Below, piece by piece: positions 1 to 12,912 of a stretch of DNA of 64,000 bases; positions within the stretch are counted from its first letter, which is position 1; the number at the start of each line of letters is the position of its first letter. Origin of the DNA: Lama guanicoe (Eukaryota). Location: the NCBI GenBank assembly GCA_013239625.1, contig MU053304.1, positions 1,984,001-2,048,000 on the forward strand. The letters are read 5' to 3'. The translations under genes were made by a program, and so were the position numbers. The notes beneath the pieces were generated by a model that did no database searches, had not been told where the DNA came from, and was given only the letters and a program-made list of their open reading frames with translations.

Positions 1-46
1 TGCTGCTGCTGCCGCTGGTCGGGGGACCACACTTGGAGAACCACTG
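1..46 (+). mobile_element. MER5A-like hAT-Charlie DNA transposon, 3' end (truncated by the window edge)
   Basis: gctgccgctggtcgggggaccacacttggagaaccactg resembles the MER5A terminus (…GACCACACTTTGAGAACCACTG). Confidence 0.7.
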
Positions 47-2007
47 CTCTCAACTGCCGGTTAAAGACTGAGAGACCAAACAATATTGGCACAGTGCTTG
101 TCAATGATAAAATCCCTAAGTTAGTCATTCGCTATATTGAGCCCCACACAATGAAGGCTTTGGGGGTTCAAGGGTGCACTTGGTAGAGATGGCTCCTGCT
201 GTTCGGGGTGGCTCCCTCTCGGTACGACTGTCCTGCAAGCCAGGTGTGATCGTTATCCCCATTTCATCCACGAGAGGGATGAAGATCCAAGTCAGTCCTC
301 TGATGCTGGACTGTCACTCGGCTGATCATTGTGTCACGATCCGCGACCTCTGACTCTCCGAACCACCGTCCTTTCCACTGTGCCTCTTGCCTACCTGCTG
401 AGTAGATGTGGTTGCTTTCTTCCCCTAACACTGAGGTTAATTCTTCTGCGTCTGCTGAATGCCAGCTTCCTTTCCTGCTTTTCTTTCTGTCGCCTATTCC
501 CATCTTAATTATATCTTACTGATCGCCTTTCACAGATGACCCTCCCCTGCCTTCCTTTCTGTACCTTTGGGTTTTAAATCACGCTTGCATTTGTTCAGGT
601 GTGTTTGTTCTTCCCCTGCCAGCAGATCTTAGTGGTTTTTTTCTGTTAAATAATTTCTGCTTTCCGACTTAGAAATTGGATGCCTCTGAGATTGGTGGCG
701 CACAGATCCCTGCTATTTATTGCTTGCTTCTGCTTGCTAATATTAGGCACTTCATCTCTGCAGTGGCAGCTGTGGCCCTGGCCCGGCTGATCCCCCCCAG
801 GGCAAGAACTAAGGCATTAGGCTTTCAGTACACATCCGGCAGCTCCTCCTCGCTGCACAGGCCAGGCTATTAAAAGACCAGGAGCGTTAAAAATAGCTCT
901 CACCACACTTCCCACCTTGGTAGCTTTCAGGACAGCTCTCCAAAGAAACCATTAGATTCTGCCTCACAGAGTCAAAGTGACCGCAGAAGAATCTTTTTAT
1001 TTCGGTGGAGAAATTAGAAAGTAAGGCTCCTACCCCAAAACAGTGGTTGCAGAGAAGAGTATTTGGAAAAACAATGGATCTATTGCCTTGTTTTTAATAG
1101 TCGGACTCATTTGGCCAACTTCCTTTGTGCCTCACGTAATTTGCACTGAATTCTGGAAGGTTTTTCTTCATTTGAGGAGAACAGCCAGTGCATAATGATC
1201 TGGGGGATGCTAAGGGGTGTGGTTTTTTTTTTTTGTTATATTGCTGGCTGTCGAAAAACACTGCTAGGACTTAGTTTTCCCCAAACCGTTCTGATATTCA
1301 CGGGGAAAAGTCGCTATTTTTCTCTTTACGTATAGCGATAAGTTTTAATTATATGTTGTACTTAGATTCAAAAAACTCTAAAGTGAAATACTCCCAGTCT
1401 ATGTTAGGCCGAATCTAACCCGGTAACACACCCTTGTATGGATGATTTGGTTCAATGCTTTTCCTTAAAGCCATCTAGTCATTGTCCCCATCTGGCGGGC
1501 TTCTATCACGGGCACGTGCACTGTATTTCATCTAACAGCATTTCTCGTGCTCAGACGCCTTTAAAAGCACGGAGCCTCGGTTTAGAACTCTCTCGATTGT
1601 CCCTTATGCCCTTGAAAGTCATCCTTATCGTATACATATCCCAAGGCACAACTTACAGCTTTTTTGTCATATGAGACTGTTCTCCAGAAACAATAAAACC
1701 TCTGATTCCCCAAGAGATCAGCATTTCCCGTAGCATCTGTTTTTGAACCAGTGATTTTACTTCGGCCTTGCCGATCCCAATTGTAAATTCCTCAGTACCT
1801 TAAAGTCTTTGGAGTCAAATAATTTATTTTAAAATGGTCTTTGACTTGCTAGAAGTTATAAATATTCCTAAGGACTTTGAAGTTTTAGAATGTTTTGAAG
1901 GTGCTATTTCCCTGTTTTGTGAAGGATGGATGTCTAAGGTCAGGTAAGAGGCATTGAGATAAAAGCAAGGGCTTTTAGTCTGAAGGACCAAGGTCTCATT
2001 GACCTAA

Positions 2008-2220
2008 ACTGGGATTTCTCAGCTGTGACATCAGGGACACTTGGGGCTGGATCATTCTTTGTTGCAGGGGATTGTCTTGTGTCTTGTAGGATGTTTAGAA
2101 GCATCTCTGGCTTCTGGCCACTAGATGCCAGTAGCGTCCCCAGGGATGTGACAATAAACAGTGTCTCCAGACATTGGCAGATGTTTCCTGGGTAGAGAGT
2201 CACCTGGTGGAGAACCACTG
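2008..2220 (-). mobile_element. MER20 (hAT-Charlie) DNA transposon
   Basis: Reverse complement of the MER20 consensus: tgtaggatgtttagaagcatctctggcttctggccactagatgccagtagc…tctccagacattggcagatg…gagaaccactg. Confidence 0.85.
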
Positions 2221-2659
2221 ACTCAAGGAATTGAACTTGAATAGAGGCTTTGGTGGGAGAAAGGAGTTATGTTTCATATCTGCTGATGCCATATCGCAGG
2301 GACCTGTTGAATTTGCTGAATGCTAGCTAGAGAAGCAAGACTGAAGTTCAGAAGAGGGTCAGCAGAGTTCCACCCCTCCCAGTCTGGCTGGGGAGGGGGG
2401 GCCCATCAGCGGGGCAATGGCGCCATTTTGGTTTCCAAAACTGGAAGTATGGACCGTTACAGAGCACACGGTGATTTTAGATAGTGCATTTTTGAGATTC
2501 ATTTTTATTTTAATGGCTCTACATTTATTTTAATGTGCATTAGGAAGAAGAGTAACTAGCACATTTTGCCCGTGCTGTTCTGGGTATTACTGCCTAGGAA
2601 GAACCTCAGTCTAACCTGAAAGGTATAGTTGGCTTTAAGACAAAAGCTTTAAGTAAGTT

Positions 2660-3110
2660 GATTCATTTGTGCCGGGAATGTCTGAGTGTTAAGGATCCGG
2701 TGGTTAACAAGGCAAAGTCCTGGAGCTCAGGGAGTTTATATTCTTGAAAGGGAACCAAAAAAGAACATAATTTGAGGTAATGATGAATATGATGTGGTGG
2801 AGCAGGCAGAAGCTGCCCCCCACTCTGCATCAGGATGGGGGCAACAGGAGACTCCAGGGATAAAGCCCTGCTCCCATGGGGCCGCCTTCTAGGTGGGGAG
2901 GTAACAAGTGTGTGTTGTCAAGTAGAGATAAGTGCTAAGATGAAGCATAAAAGGGGGTGAGAGGTACAAGATCTGAGCAGATGATTTCTGAGTGGAGACG
3001 TGACTAATGAGAGGGGGCAGCTGTGGAAGGGTGCAGGGTCAGAGGGAACAGCCCGTGAAAAGTGGTGATGAGATGCCAGGGCTGAGGTATGTGATGTCCT
3101 AGATTGGCTT
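2660..3110 (-). mobile_element. L2 LINE fragments (3' region)
   Basis: Degenerate L2 3' motifs (attcatttgtgcc…aacaaggcaaagtcc…gagtttatattct; ccctgctcccatggggccgccttctagg). Confidence 0.5.
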
Positions 3111-3229
3111 TTATGCACAGGAAGACTATCTAAATTTTCTTTTGTGTTTGTTCCCTTGCAAGAATTAAATTTATAAATTATAATGATCCTTAAGCCCCAT
3201 TAAACTTCTCAATGTGTGCTGCCTTATCC

Positions 3230-3338
3230 TTCTTCTTTTTTTTTTAATTGAAGTATAGTCAGTTACAAGGTATCCATTTCTGGTATACATTACAGTGTTC
3301 CAGTCATGCATTTACATACATATATTTGTTTTCATATT
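3230..3338 (-). mobile_element. Lineage-specific L1 3' tip, heavily 5'-truncated
   Basis: Poly(T) followed by aattgaagtatagtcagttacaa…; flanked by the direct repeat ccttatcc (3222-3229 and 3339-3346), a likely TSD. Confidence 0.8.
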
Positions 3339-4165
3339 CCTTATCCCTGTCTTTCAACTGACATTCATCAAAAAAATCAATTACTCAACTAAATATTTTA
3401 ATTGAAATCCCAAGGCTGATGGATGCTCTCATGCACCACATTTTCCCCATTGTGACACTGTCTTTGCACACCAGCATGCTCAGATCAGCCTATGCCAGGC
3501 ACCAAGTGGCCGTCCCAGGGCTCTGATCTCTGTCACCACATCATCATCTCCATATTTGGCTCTATCTCTTTCTGGGTTAAAAGACTCATTCCACTGAGGG
3601 AGAAGCTTTATTACCCCTAGCTAATTGCAGTTCTTGGCCCAAATGAATTAGATTTGGAGCTCAGACGACCAAGGTTGTTTCTGGGAGAGAGATTTTCAAG
3701 TGTCTTACAAGACCTGGGCATCCAGGGTGATTCTCTTGTCAGTAGTGAGCACAGAGGGGCCATCCTCTTCCTTCCTGTCTCCAATTATGGTAAACTGTGG
3801 TCTGGACTCTGGATATGGGGCTGATTTCACAATGCACAACCCGGGGGTTCAAGAAGCATCTTGACCTAATTGTTCTGATTTTATCTATAACCCTCACTAG
3901 GGTTATAACCAACTTCCTTCTCTATTTAGTTGGATTTCCCATTTCTTTAGTTCCCTGAAGACATTTTTACATCTCCCCAACTGGTTGTAGGGGTGACTTT
4001 AATGCTCTTCTATTAAATCCTCGTCCCCTTTCTGCAATTCATTTTTTAACCTTTCCTGTTTTTATCTCCTGATTTTACAGATGAAATTCCACCGTATATC
4101 CATCTCCACTCATTCTCCCATTCTCCCAAAGTTAGTTACTAACTTTCTTCTCAGTAGTGTCTCTA

Positions 4166-4554
4166 TTTTTTTTTTTAAATTGAAGTATAGTCGATTTACA
4201 ATGCTGTGTTAATTTCTGGTATACAACATAGTGATTCAGTTTATTCAGAATTCAGAATATTCAGATTCAGAATATATATATATATTCCTTTTCATATTCT
4301 TTTTTGTTATTGGCTGTTACATAGTATTATATAGTTCCCTGTGCTATACAGTAAGACTTTGCTGTTTATCTATTTTATATATAGTAATTAGTACCTGCAA
4401 ATCCCAAACTCCCAGTTTATCCCTCTCCACCCCATCTTCCCCACTGGTAACCAGAAGTTTGTTTTCTATGTCTGTGAGTCTGTCTCTGTTTTGTAAATAA
4501 GTTCACTTGTGTCCTTTTTTTAGAGTCCACATATAAGTGATAGCATATGGTATT
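4166..4554 (-). mobile_element. Lineage-specific L1 3' UTR fragment
   Basis: Poly(T) followed by aaattgaagtatagtcgatttacaatg…ttccctgtgctatacagta…agagtccacatataagtga; same family as the copies at 31.8, 35.3, 39.8, 56.0 and 63.8 kb. Confidence 0.85.
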
Positions 4555-7319
4555 AGCAGTTTCCCTGTTACACAACAGTTTAAAATTTGAGCCATTCTTC
4601 TCTTTCTAGGGCAGAATCATTTAACTGCTTTTGTTTCATACAGTGGTCTCTCCTGTCCTTGTGTGGTCCTGAGACCACAGCATGAAAACAATGCTAAAGG
4701 CCGTGAGAAGGAGCTTGGTGAATTTGGGAACAGAACGAGACCTGACCCGGGGCGGGGCTGGGGGTGCTGCTGCATGGTGGTCAGTGGGGAGAGTCGGAAG
4801 ATGTGGGCGTAGGAGCCAGGTTATGTGGTGCTTTTTAGCCATGGGGTAGAGTGTTTGAGTTTTCGTCCAAGCTTCTGGGGAAGCCACTGGAAGTTTTAAA
4901 TATAAAAGTAATAGGATATAAATTATGTCTTATAAAGATCTCTCTGGTTACTCCCATGTAGAATGGATTGTGAAAAATCAAATGTAGTGATAAAGAGATG
5001 GGCTGGGGAATTATTGCTTGAATCTTGGTGGGAGGCAATGATGCTTAGAACCAGATAATATGAAAGGTGCCGTATGGTTGTGACAATAATTTGGAAGGTG
5101 ATCCATGAGTGCCTATGGTTCAGTTATAAGGAGGGGCTGTATTGCCAGCTAGAAGGGAAGGAATGTAGACGGTTACTGATACTGGCCTCTGTAGTTAGGT
5201 GTAGACTTCTGTCATTTGGTCATTTGGGAATCAGAATGAAGTTTGTCACTACTGTGCATTTTTAGGAAAGTCTAAATGACAGTCGCACCGTATTTTAAAA
5301 ATCTTTAATACAGTGCTTTGAAAGCTCAGGAACCAAAAGCAATGATACAGTGACTGATCCTGACTGGCGCTGTTCCTCATTGGAGGGGACTGCTGGCATT
5401 CGAGTGAGAAAACTGTGTCATTCTGGACCATCTTAGGCACGTGCAGGACTCAGCATCTCCACCACTGAATGCCAGTGCGACCCCCAAACCATCATGACAA
5501 TCCCAAACACCCACGCATTGCAAACGTGGATTATCCTTTTTGACTGAAATCTTTCTGAACTTGTATATGATATTAAAGCATTCAACAGCACTGAAGAGCA
5601 CTTTGCTTAGAGGTTTAATTTAGTATTAGATCTATTAGATAATAAATTAAAGGTATGAGAAGATTTGTGTATTATCAGACAGCATGGTTCTTAAAGATAA
5701 ATTGTTGACATTAATAAATATATAGTGTTTAATTAAATTTATAAACAGGACCAGACATTAATTAAGGGGCCATTAAAAGCGATCTTTTCAAAAATCTTCT
5801 TTAGTTAGGAATATATAATGAGGTCTTTATAGGTGAAATGAAATTTTGTTTTTTGATACCATCCCAGGGAAAATATGAAGGGGCTGGAGGAAATTACATG
5901 GACAAAATGTTACTAATTCTGCAATTAGAGATTTTATTTACAAATATGTTCTTAATATAATATTATCATATTAAGATACTCTGTTCTGAATTTTGAAATA
6001 GTATTTTGTCCCGGTGTTGGGATTTTTAGGTTACACGATTATCTTTCTCTTCTGGTCACACTCATGAATTCAGTAGAGTCCCCTGGACTGTTCTAAAGCA
6101 CGTAAGGAAGATGGGGATTGCAGACAAGTGCCCTCCCATTCAGTCTGTAACTTAGACTGGTTTGGCATGTCATTGAAGTTCAGGCAAATCATCTCTCTCC
6201 TAACATCATTGATTTATTTTTGCAAATCTCAAATACAAGTGCTAATAACAGTCTTTCAAAACTAGTAATTCAGAAAGACAAGTTTTTATGTACTTTATGT
6301 TCATCCTGGAAAGATATAAAATGTTACAGTATGATTATAATTTTGTAGGAAATATCTGTGCATAAATATTTCTGATAGGACTGATCTCCAAAGTATTAAT
6401 AATACTGTCACTCAGTATAACTAAGGGCAACTTTTTTCTCTTTCTGTTTTACGTCCTGTGTTTTCCAAATTTTCTTTCATAATCATTTTCCACTTTAAAG
6501 TGAAAACCATAATTGCGTGCTGCTTCTTAAACTTGCCTTTCTGGAGGGCTTTGTTTTCAAAGCTAACCAAATATTTGGAATTTATTTAAAGCTTCTTGGC
6601 TGCACAGGCATTCTGAGAGATTCAAGTCCTTAATTCCTCTTCACGCATATGGGGCCATGTTGTTGCCCAGAGAAATCACCACTGGAGGCGTGCTTCACAG
6701 AGACAATTTCCTGAGCTGGGTTTGCGCTTCAAATTAGAATTAAAATGAATATATTAACGTGCTTGGTATTATATGTGTCTCAGTCTGTTTATCTTTCAAA
6801 TGAAGGGATAAGGCATGGAGTGAACACAGAAGTGCCTTCTAGCTCTCAAATATTATAAGTTAAAAAATTATAATACCTACCTAGCAATTTTCCTAGTATT
6901 TTTTTTTTAATAGGTACTGCGATGACCTTGGGAAAGTGCCATCATCTCGGTGGTCAAGTGAGACTTTGCAGAATCTGTTTCTCCTTATGTCAGAAGGAAA
7001 CTGTAAGAGGGATGGTGGTGTTCAGTCCCAGCTTCTGAGGGTTCTGATTTTCCAAAATAGAAGGCAGAGCTAGTGCTGAAAAAATAGTCTTTCTTTGTAA
7101 TGAAGATTTTTGCAGAGCAAATGACTTTTGAACTATGATTCTGAATGAGTATGATTGTTTCTGGTTGCAAAACCAAATTAGATCAAGGAGTGTCTGAGAG
7201 ACTAGCTTAAGGCTGCTGGCTTTATTGGATGGCTACCAGCTGGCTCCATCAATTTATGGGATGGTTCATCACAGTTTTGGAATGAAATAGTTTATAAATG
7301 TCTACCTTGTTTTATTCAG

Positions 7320-7433
7320 GTTATACTGGAGAGCTCTGCCAATCCAAGATTGACTACTGTATCCTAGACCCATGCAGAAACGGAGCAACATGCATTTCTA
7401 ATCTCAGCGGATTCACCTGCCAGTGTCCTGAAG
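7320..7433 (+). CDS. DNER: DNER internal coding exon (probably exon 7), EGF-like repeat; (G)YTGELCQSKIDYCILDPCRNGATCISNLSGFTCQCPE(G)
   Basis: Acceptor ttgttttattcAG ends at 7319; donor GAAG|GTAAAT starts at 7434; 114 nt, phase 1-1; EGF cysteine spacing. Not shown in the ORF track. Confidence 0.96.
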
Positions 7434-9334
7434 GTAAATATTATTACCCCAGGAATAACTTCCATTTTAAATCATAATCTAATTTGATGAGCTTTGTACT
7501 TCAATTATCTGAAAAACTCTACTCAAGAGAACTTCTTATTTTGTTCCATTTATAAAACCAAATATAAGATGGTCCTTTTTTAAGCTCTGTGCTAGAATAG
7601 CTTGGAAATTATGTCTATTAGGCATAATCAGAAATTTCTGTGATTTTCACTTATATATTGAAAACGAATAACTGTAATAAAATGGAATTTTTTTCTAATG
7701 GTGAATTTCACTTGTTAGGATTCCTATTTTTTTAATTATGCATTTGGTTTTTGATACCAGTTTACATTAAAAAATTTTTCAACATAAAATTCACCTGCTT
7801 TTATTTTTAAATTACTTTTGTAACATCTTTGAGACTTCCAGTCACCTGGAAAGCTACGTCTTTAGAGCTACTTTTATTTTTAAAAAGAGTCTTACTGTTC
7901 AAATAGTTTCATCTGAAGAAGCAGGCAGATAATCACAGCTATGGAGCTGGCGTTCAAAGAATAATTTTGTATTTGGAGGAAGCTTTGTTCCCATTTGTTC
8001 TTGGAGGGACGTTGTGGAAGAGATTACTTTAAACCTTTAATACTGTAAGAATAATACGATATTAAAACCAGCACATGTGCCCCTGATCCACGGAAGTGAC
8101 ACTGACAACCACACAGAGTAGCATGACACCCTCTGCAGAGATGAAGTGTGCAGTCGGGTGTGGAAGGAAGCATCTCTGTACTCAGAATTACCTAAACTGC
8201 CCCTCCCCAGCTGAGAGGCTGGCGGCAACCAGGGATGGGTGATGGTAAAAGGCCACTGACCTCCCAGGTAACCCAAGCTGCCGTCGGCAGTGCCTCGTCC
8301 TCATATTTGGAAGCCTGAGCAGCGACTAAAGAGGTGGCTTCCGTGTCCTGGCTTCTCGCCTGGGCAGGGAGGGGCAGGAGTGGGTGGCTGTGGCTGTGGT
8401 TATCCCCTCAGCTGGGTGTGCTTGTGAGGCACGTGGTTACCATGACGATGGTGTTATATGCGCTGGATGATCTTCGCTTGGGAAACAAATGGGAAAACTG
8501 GAAACACTGGCAGGTGGATGATCGATCCAGCAACAGCCATCACTTTCTGCGTACAGAGCACGTGACAGTCTCTCGCAGCTTTGCCGCACCCTGGCTTAGT
8601 CAGTTGCCACCTAACTTTGAGTCTAGGCTGTGCTTACAGTCAGGGGCAGGCTTCGTGGTCATCTGCTGATTGACTGTTGGTGAATCATTAATTCCCTTCC
8701 CCAACCCAGTCCTCCTTTTCCTTTTCTACTGAATGTGAGTGATGGTGCCCTGGGTTCCTCGCAGGGCCATTCTGGGATCGAATGGGAGTTTGGGGAAAGA
8801 TCTTTGAAAACTCCGGAGTGCTTTATTAGCATGATTTTGATTGCTACCAGAAAGTTAAATGTGGCCCCAGAGGCTCTGAGAGGTCGCGACTTACACAAAA
8901 TCACACTGGTGGTAAAAGGTGGCCCTTGAACGAGAGCCCAGAAGTTTTGTTTTCACTTACACTCCATTTTTCTAGTTAATAAAGATTTGCCAAGCATGGG
9001 CTGGGTGCGAGGCTGCAGGGTCAGCAAAGCTGAGATGGCCCCTCCTGTGATACGGACACAAGTAAGTCTGCAGTGACAAGCAGGAACAGGTGCCTTGAAG
9101 ACGTATGACAAGGATCTGCTTAGCCTTGGGGACCTGGGGGAGATGCCCATGTACAGAGACCCTGAGTGAGGAGAGGGAGGAGGAAGGCGAAGATGAGGGC
9201 GTCACCGAGGAGCAAAGGGAGCGGGGAAGAAGGCGGGCGGCCAGGGCTGAGTCCTCAGGGCTTCACGGGGCTTTGTGGGCAGGGGTGGGGCATGTCCTCT
9301 TCATCCCGGGGGCCGCGGAGAGGGCAGAGGCTGG

Positions 9335-9556
9335 GGTTCCGAGCCTGTTCTGCCTCTCGCTTACCAGCTCTGTCCCATGGGCAAGTGAGTTCACACTTCT
9401 CTGTGCCTCAGTTTTTTACCTGGTAAAATTGGGGCGATGATAACCGCCACTTCCTAGGGTCCATGCGACTCAATGAAATGAGAAGCTGCTTAGATAAAGT
9501 GCTTAGCACGGTGCCTGGCTAAGTGCTCAGGGAATATTAGCCACCTTATCATTATT
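9335..9556 (+). mobile_element. MIR SINE
   Basis: MIR core ctctgtgcctcagttttttacctggtaaaattgggg and 3' part aaagtgcttagcacggtgcctggc. Confidence 0.8.
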
Positions 9557-10974
9557 GTTTTCCTGGTATTGATTATTATGAAACCATTGATACATTTAAA
9601 CAGGCATTTGTAATCTTCATTCCGGAGCAGCGTGGAAAGTAGTTGGGAGAGAGACGAGAGTGGGAAAAAGGAGGGAGGCCTGGGGGACTGCGGTAGAAGT
9701 CTGGGAAACAGACATTGACTGCTAGGGAGAGAAGGCAGAATTTGAAAAGGAGAGAAGCTGCTGGATTTGGGAGAACTTGAGAGGGAAAACAGAGGGGCCT
9801 GGGGATGGCTGGGGGTGGGTGAGGGAGAGCCAGCTCAGGGCTTCTGTTACTTTATGGTTGGTTGTGCCATTCGTGGAGAAAAAGCTATGTGGAGGAGAAG
9901 GGTTCTGTTTTGGACCTGTTGAGTGTGACGTTCAATTGGAGACAGCGGCTGGGCAGTTGCTATGAGTCTGGAAGTGACTGCGGACGTTCGGGCCAAGTCT
10001 GTGCACAGAGACGCTGGTCTATAGATTGTCATTTAAACCTGGGTATCAGTGGGGTTGTCTGGGGACCTTCTCCTTTATCCAGTAGCCCGTCAGTTCCTGC
10101 GTGTTGTCTAGACAAAGCCTCGAGAAAATGTGACCATCTGGAATGCAAAGGATGGAGATGGATTTCCCAGCAAGTCTTTGTATGAAGACTTTCATTCGGA
10201 GGCGTCCCTTTACTGAAGACTGACCAGGGAAGGACGCTTCAGTTATAATTCTGAGGGTGTCCTTGCAATGTTTCGAAGCCTCTTAGCAGCCAGCGTTTTT
10301 AAAGCAGCCCCTCCCACTGACCTGTTCTTCGGGTGCTTGTTGTAGAGGCTAATATTTATAGGGCACCTGGCACTTACAGAAAAGCCTGTGTCTCCGAGAG
10401 CCCGCTGATATCAGCCGCGCTGTAGAAACAAGTTTGAAAGTGGTTCAAGTCCACACTACGTTCCAGAATTCTCAGCCAGCCCTTGATCCCTGCCCACCTC
10501 CTTTTCTTTCTATTTTTTTTCCTCCAGAGATTTACATTTTGGCATGTTTGCTTTATATGTATGTATTTACATATATAGTTTGGTTTTTGGCAAACTGACT
10601 TGAGGGTCAGTTACAGATGTCACGACCTTCATCCCCAAATAAATCAGTTAGCGTTTCTGAGAGTAAGGACATTCTCCTTGGCATCTACGTTACCATTCCC
10701 ACACCTAAGAAAGTTAGTAATTATTTCCTAGTATTATTTGCTACCTGCTCCCTTTTCATGGGCGCCTTTGCATGTTTGGGCTGATTCCGTCAGCCCTTCC
10801 CTGTTACATCCTTCGGGGGCGGGAAATGTAGCTTATTCACCTCTCTGTCACCGACTCCCAATACCTCATCACAGGGCTTTCAGTTCCATATTTTACGTTA
10901 GTAGGAGGTTAATAAATATTTGTTAAATAAATTAATTATATAAGTCAACACTTAGATATCACTCACTGGGTTTA

Positions 10975-11130
10975 AACACTCATTTGATTCTCACAATGCT
11001 CCTAGGAAGCAAGCACCATTAATACTTCCATTGATCAGATTGGGAAAACTGAGGCATGAGAGGGTAAATAACTTGCCTGAGATCACATAGCCAGAAATTT
11101 CAACCCAGGCAACTTGGCACTAGTGTTCTT
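10975..11130 (-). mobile_element. MIR SINE
   Basis: Reverse MIR core cagattgggaaaactgaggcatgagagggtaaataacttgcctgagatcacatagc. Confidence 0.8.
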
Positions 11131-12679
11131 AACCCCCAGCCTGTAGCATCTCTGAAGATACTCGTTAAAATAAATTTTAATTTGTTTATTTTTAAAGATA
11201 GTCTTTGTAACCACAGTCATGAGTAAAATAAAATGCAAAGTTTGTTGGGTTCTAAAACTTTTAAGTGTCCTTGCTAAAAATTCTTATGTCAGGATAGTTT
11301 TTTCCTTTTTTTTTGGTGAGTTCAGTGAAATCCTTCTGCAACAATCCCTCCCAGTCCAGGAAGCTGTTGAAGCTGGGGTTTTCCCTCGGGATGGTGCTTT
11401 CAGTACAGTTCGTTCATATCCTTGCTCTTTTCCATCCTTTCATCTTCATCCGATTTCCTTCAAGGGTCCTTTTCCATCCGATCGGGGCCGTGTGCTTAGA
11501 GGCTGGGTTCCTTCCTGGGTCCCCGTCGCTCTGACTCTCGCCTTCTCTTTAACGTCTCTCCAAAAGTTCAAGGTCAGGCAGGCCTGCGAGACGGCCTGTG
11601 GCGCCGTCATCACATGAGCTGTGCTTTTGGGAGGTGTCAGGTCTTCTCCTACACTTAGATTTTTATCCTTCATCCACGGGCTCTGTCTCGTCTTTGAGTT
11701 TCTGCTTGATTTTCACCAGGTCCATATTTGAAAAGTGCAGTTTCAGACTCTGGTTAGAGTCGGGGTGATAAGAAAGAAAAGGAAACTTGCCATGAGTGTT
11801 TTCTTATATTTAACTCATTGAATGATGGCAACAAAGATGATTAGGAGCTGGTTTCATTGCCTCTGTGTATACTTTTTATGTTGATACTGTCTTTATGTTT
11901 GGTTTAGAACTTTGAGGTCCTTAAATTTTAAGCTCAACGCATTTTAAATCTGAGAAGATTGAATTATAGGTACTTACCATCCCTGCCTATTGGTAGTTAA
12001 GTAGGTATGTTTAAATATATGAGTATATTTAAATCCACATACAAATAAAATCTGAATATTACTGTCTTGCCATCACCTTTGCTTCGGTGTCTTATTAAGT
12101 TTTTTTCCCCCCTGGGAATTTGAAGTAGAAGAAAGAACAAGAGGAAGTCAGCAGGGAGGAAAACACTCAGCAGTAAAGGGCTTTGTCGTCTCTGCCTGTG
12201 TGACCGGTGGCATCAAGCCGGTGCAACTCGTAGAGACTGAGCTCCTTCCTGGCATCTACCGGTCAGAGAAGGCGGATGGTAACCAGGGATGAAGTGAGGA
12301 TAGGGGGCTTCATGACTCTTTGGAGGAAGTATTATTTTATCCAATGTATTTCAAAGGCACTAATGTAAAGACGTTTTCTGGGGTGACGCCTTGGGCTAGG
12401 ATCACAGATAAATAGGATTTGTATTAACTGCCGTTATAATCACCAGGGCGAGTACGGCACGGGGTAGAGGACTCAGAGCTCAGTCCTCTAACTCTCAGAA
12501 TGCAACGCGGGATCCACCACCTGGCAGGCAGATCTCGTAGCGTGGAAACTCCACGTCCAGGTGTGGAGGGCTGGTGTCCTTCTGTGGCCCGGAGATCTGG
12601 AGACCTGAGTCTGGGCCTGATGAGAGTGGGAGAATGGAACCAGCATGCATGTGGGTTTAAAAACGGCTTGGGGGCACAC

Positions 12680-12868
12680 GGCTTGGGTTTGAAGTCTAGA
12701 CCCGCCTCTTTTACAGCTCTTTGCTTCTCTGAGGCTCATTTTCCTCATGTAGAAAAGGAGAGTGATAACTGGTATGCTTTTTATCAGTTGATGTGAAGAA
12801 CAGAAAAGATCCTAAAAGCCCTCGGTACTGTGCTTGGCGAGTAGTAAGTGCTGAATAAATGTTGGCTG
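12680..12868 (+). mobile_element. MIR SINE
   Basis: ctctgaggctcattttcctcatgtagaaaagg…gtactgtgcttggcgagtagtaagtgctgaataaatgttggc. Confidence 0.7.

Positions 12869-12870
<2 letters not shown>

Positions 12871-12912
<42 letters not shown>
12871..12912. repeat. (ATG)14 perfect trinucleotide microsatellite at the MIR tail
   Basis: Directly visible; 42 nt without interruption. Confidence 0.97.

Noticed and set aside
2115..2135. CTCF-like motif ggccactagatgccag inside MER20
   Set aside because: It is the standard MER20 consensus sequence with a mismatch in the GGC core; nothing here indicates function.
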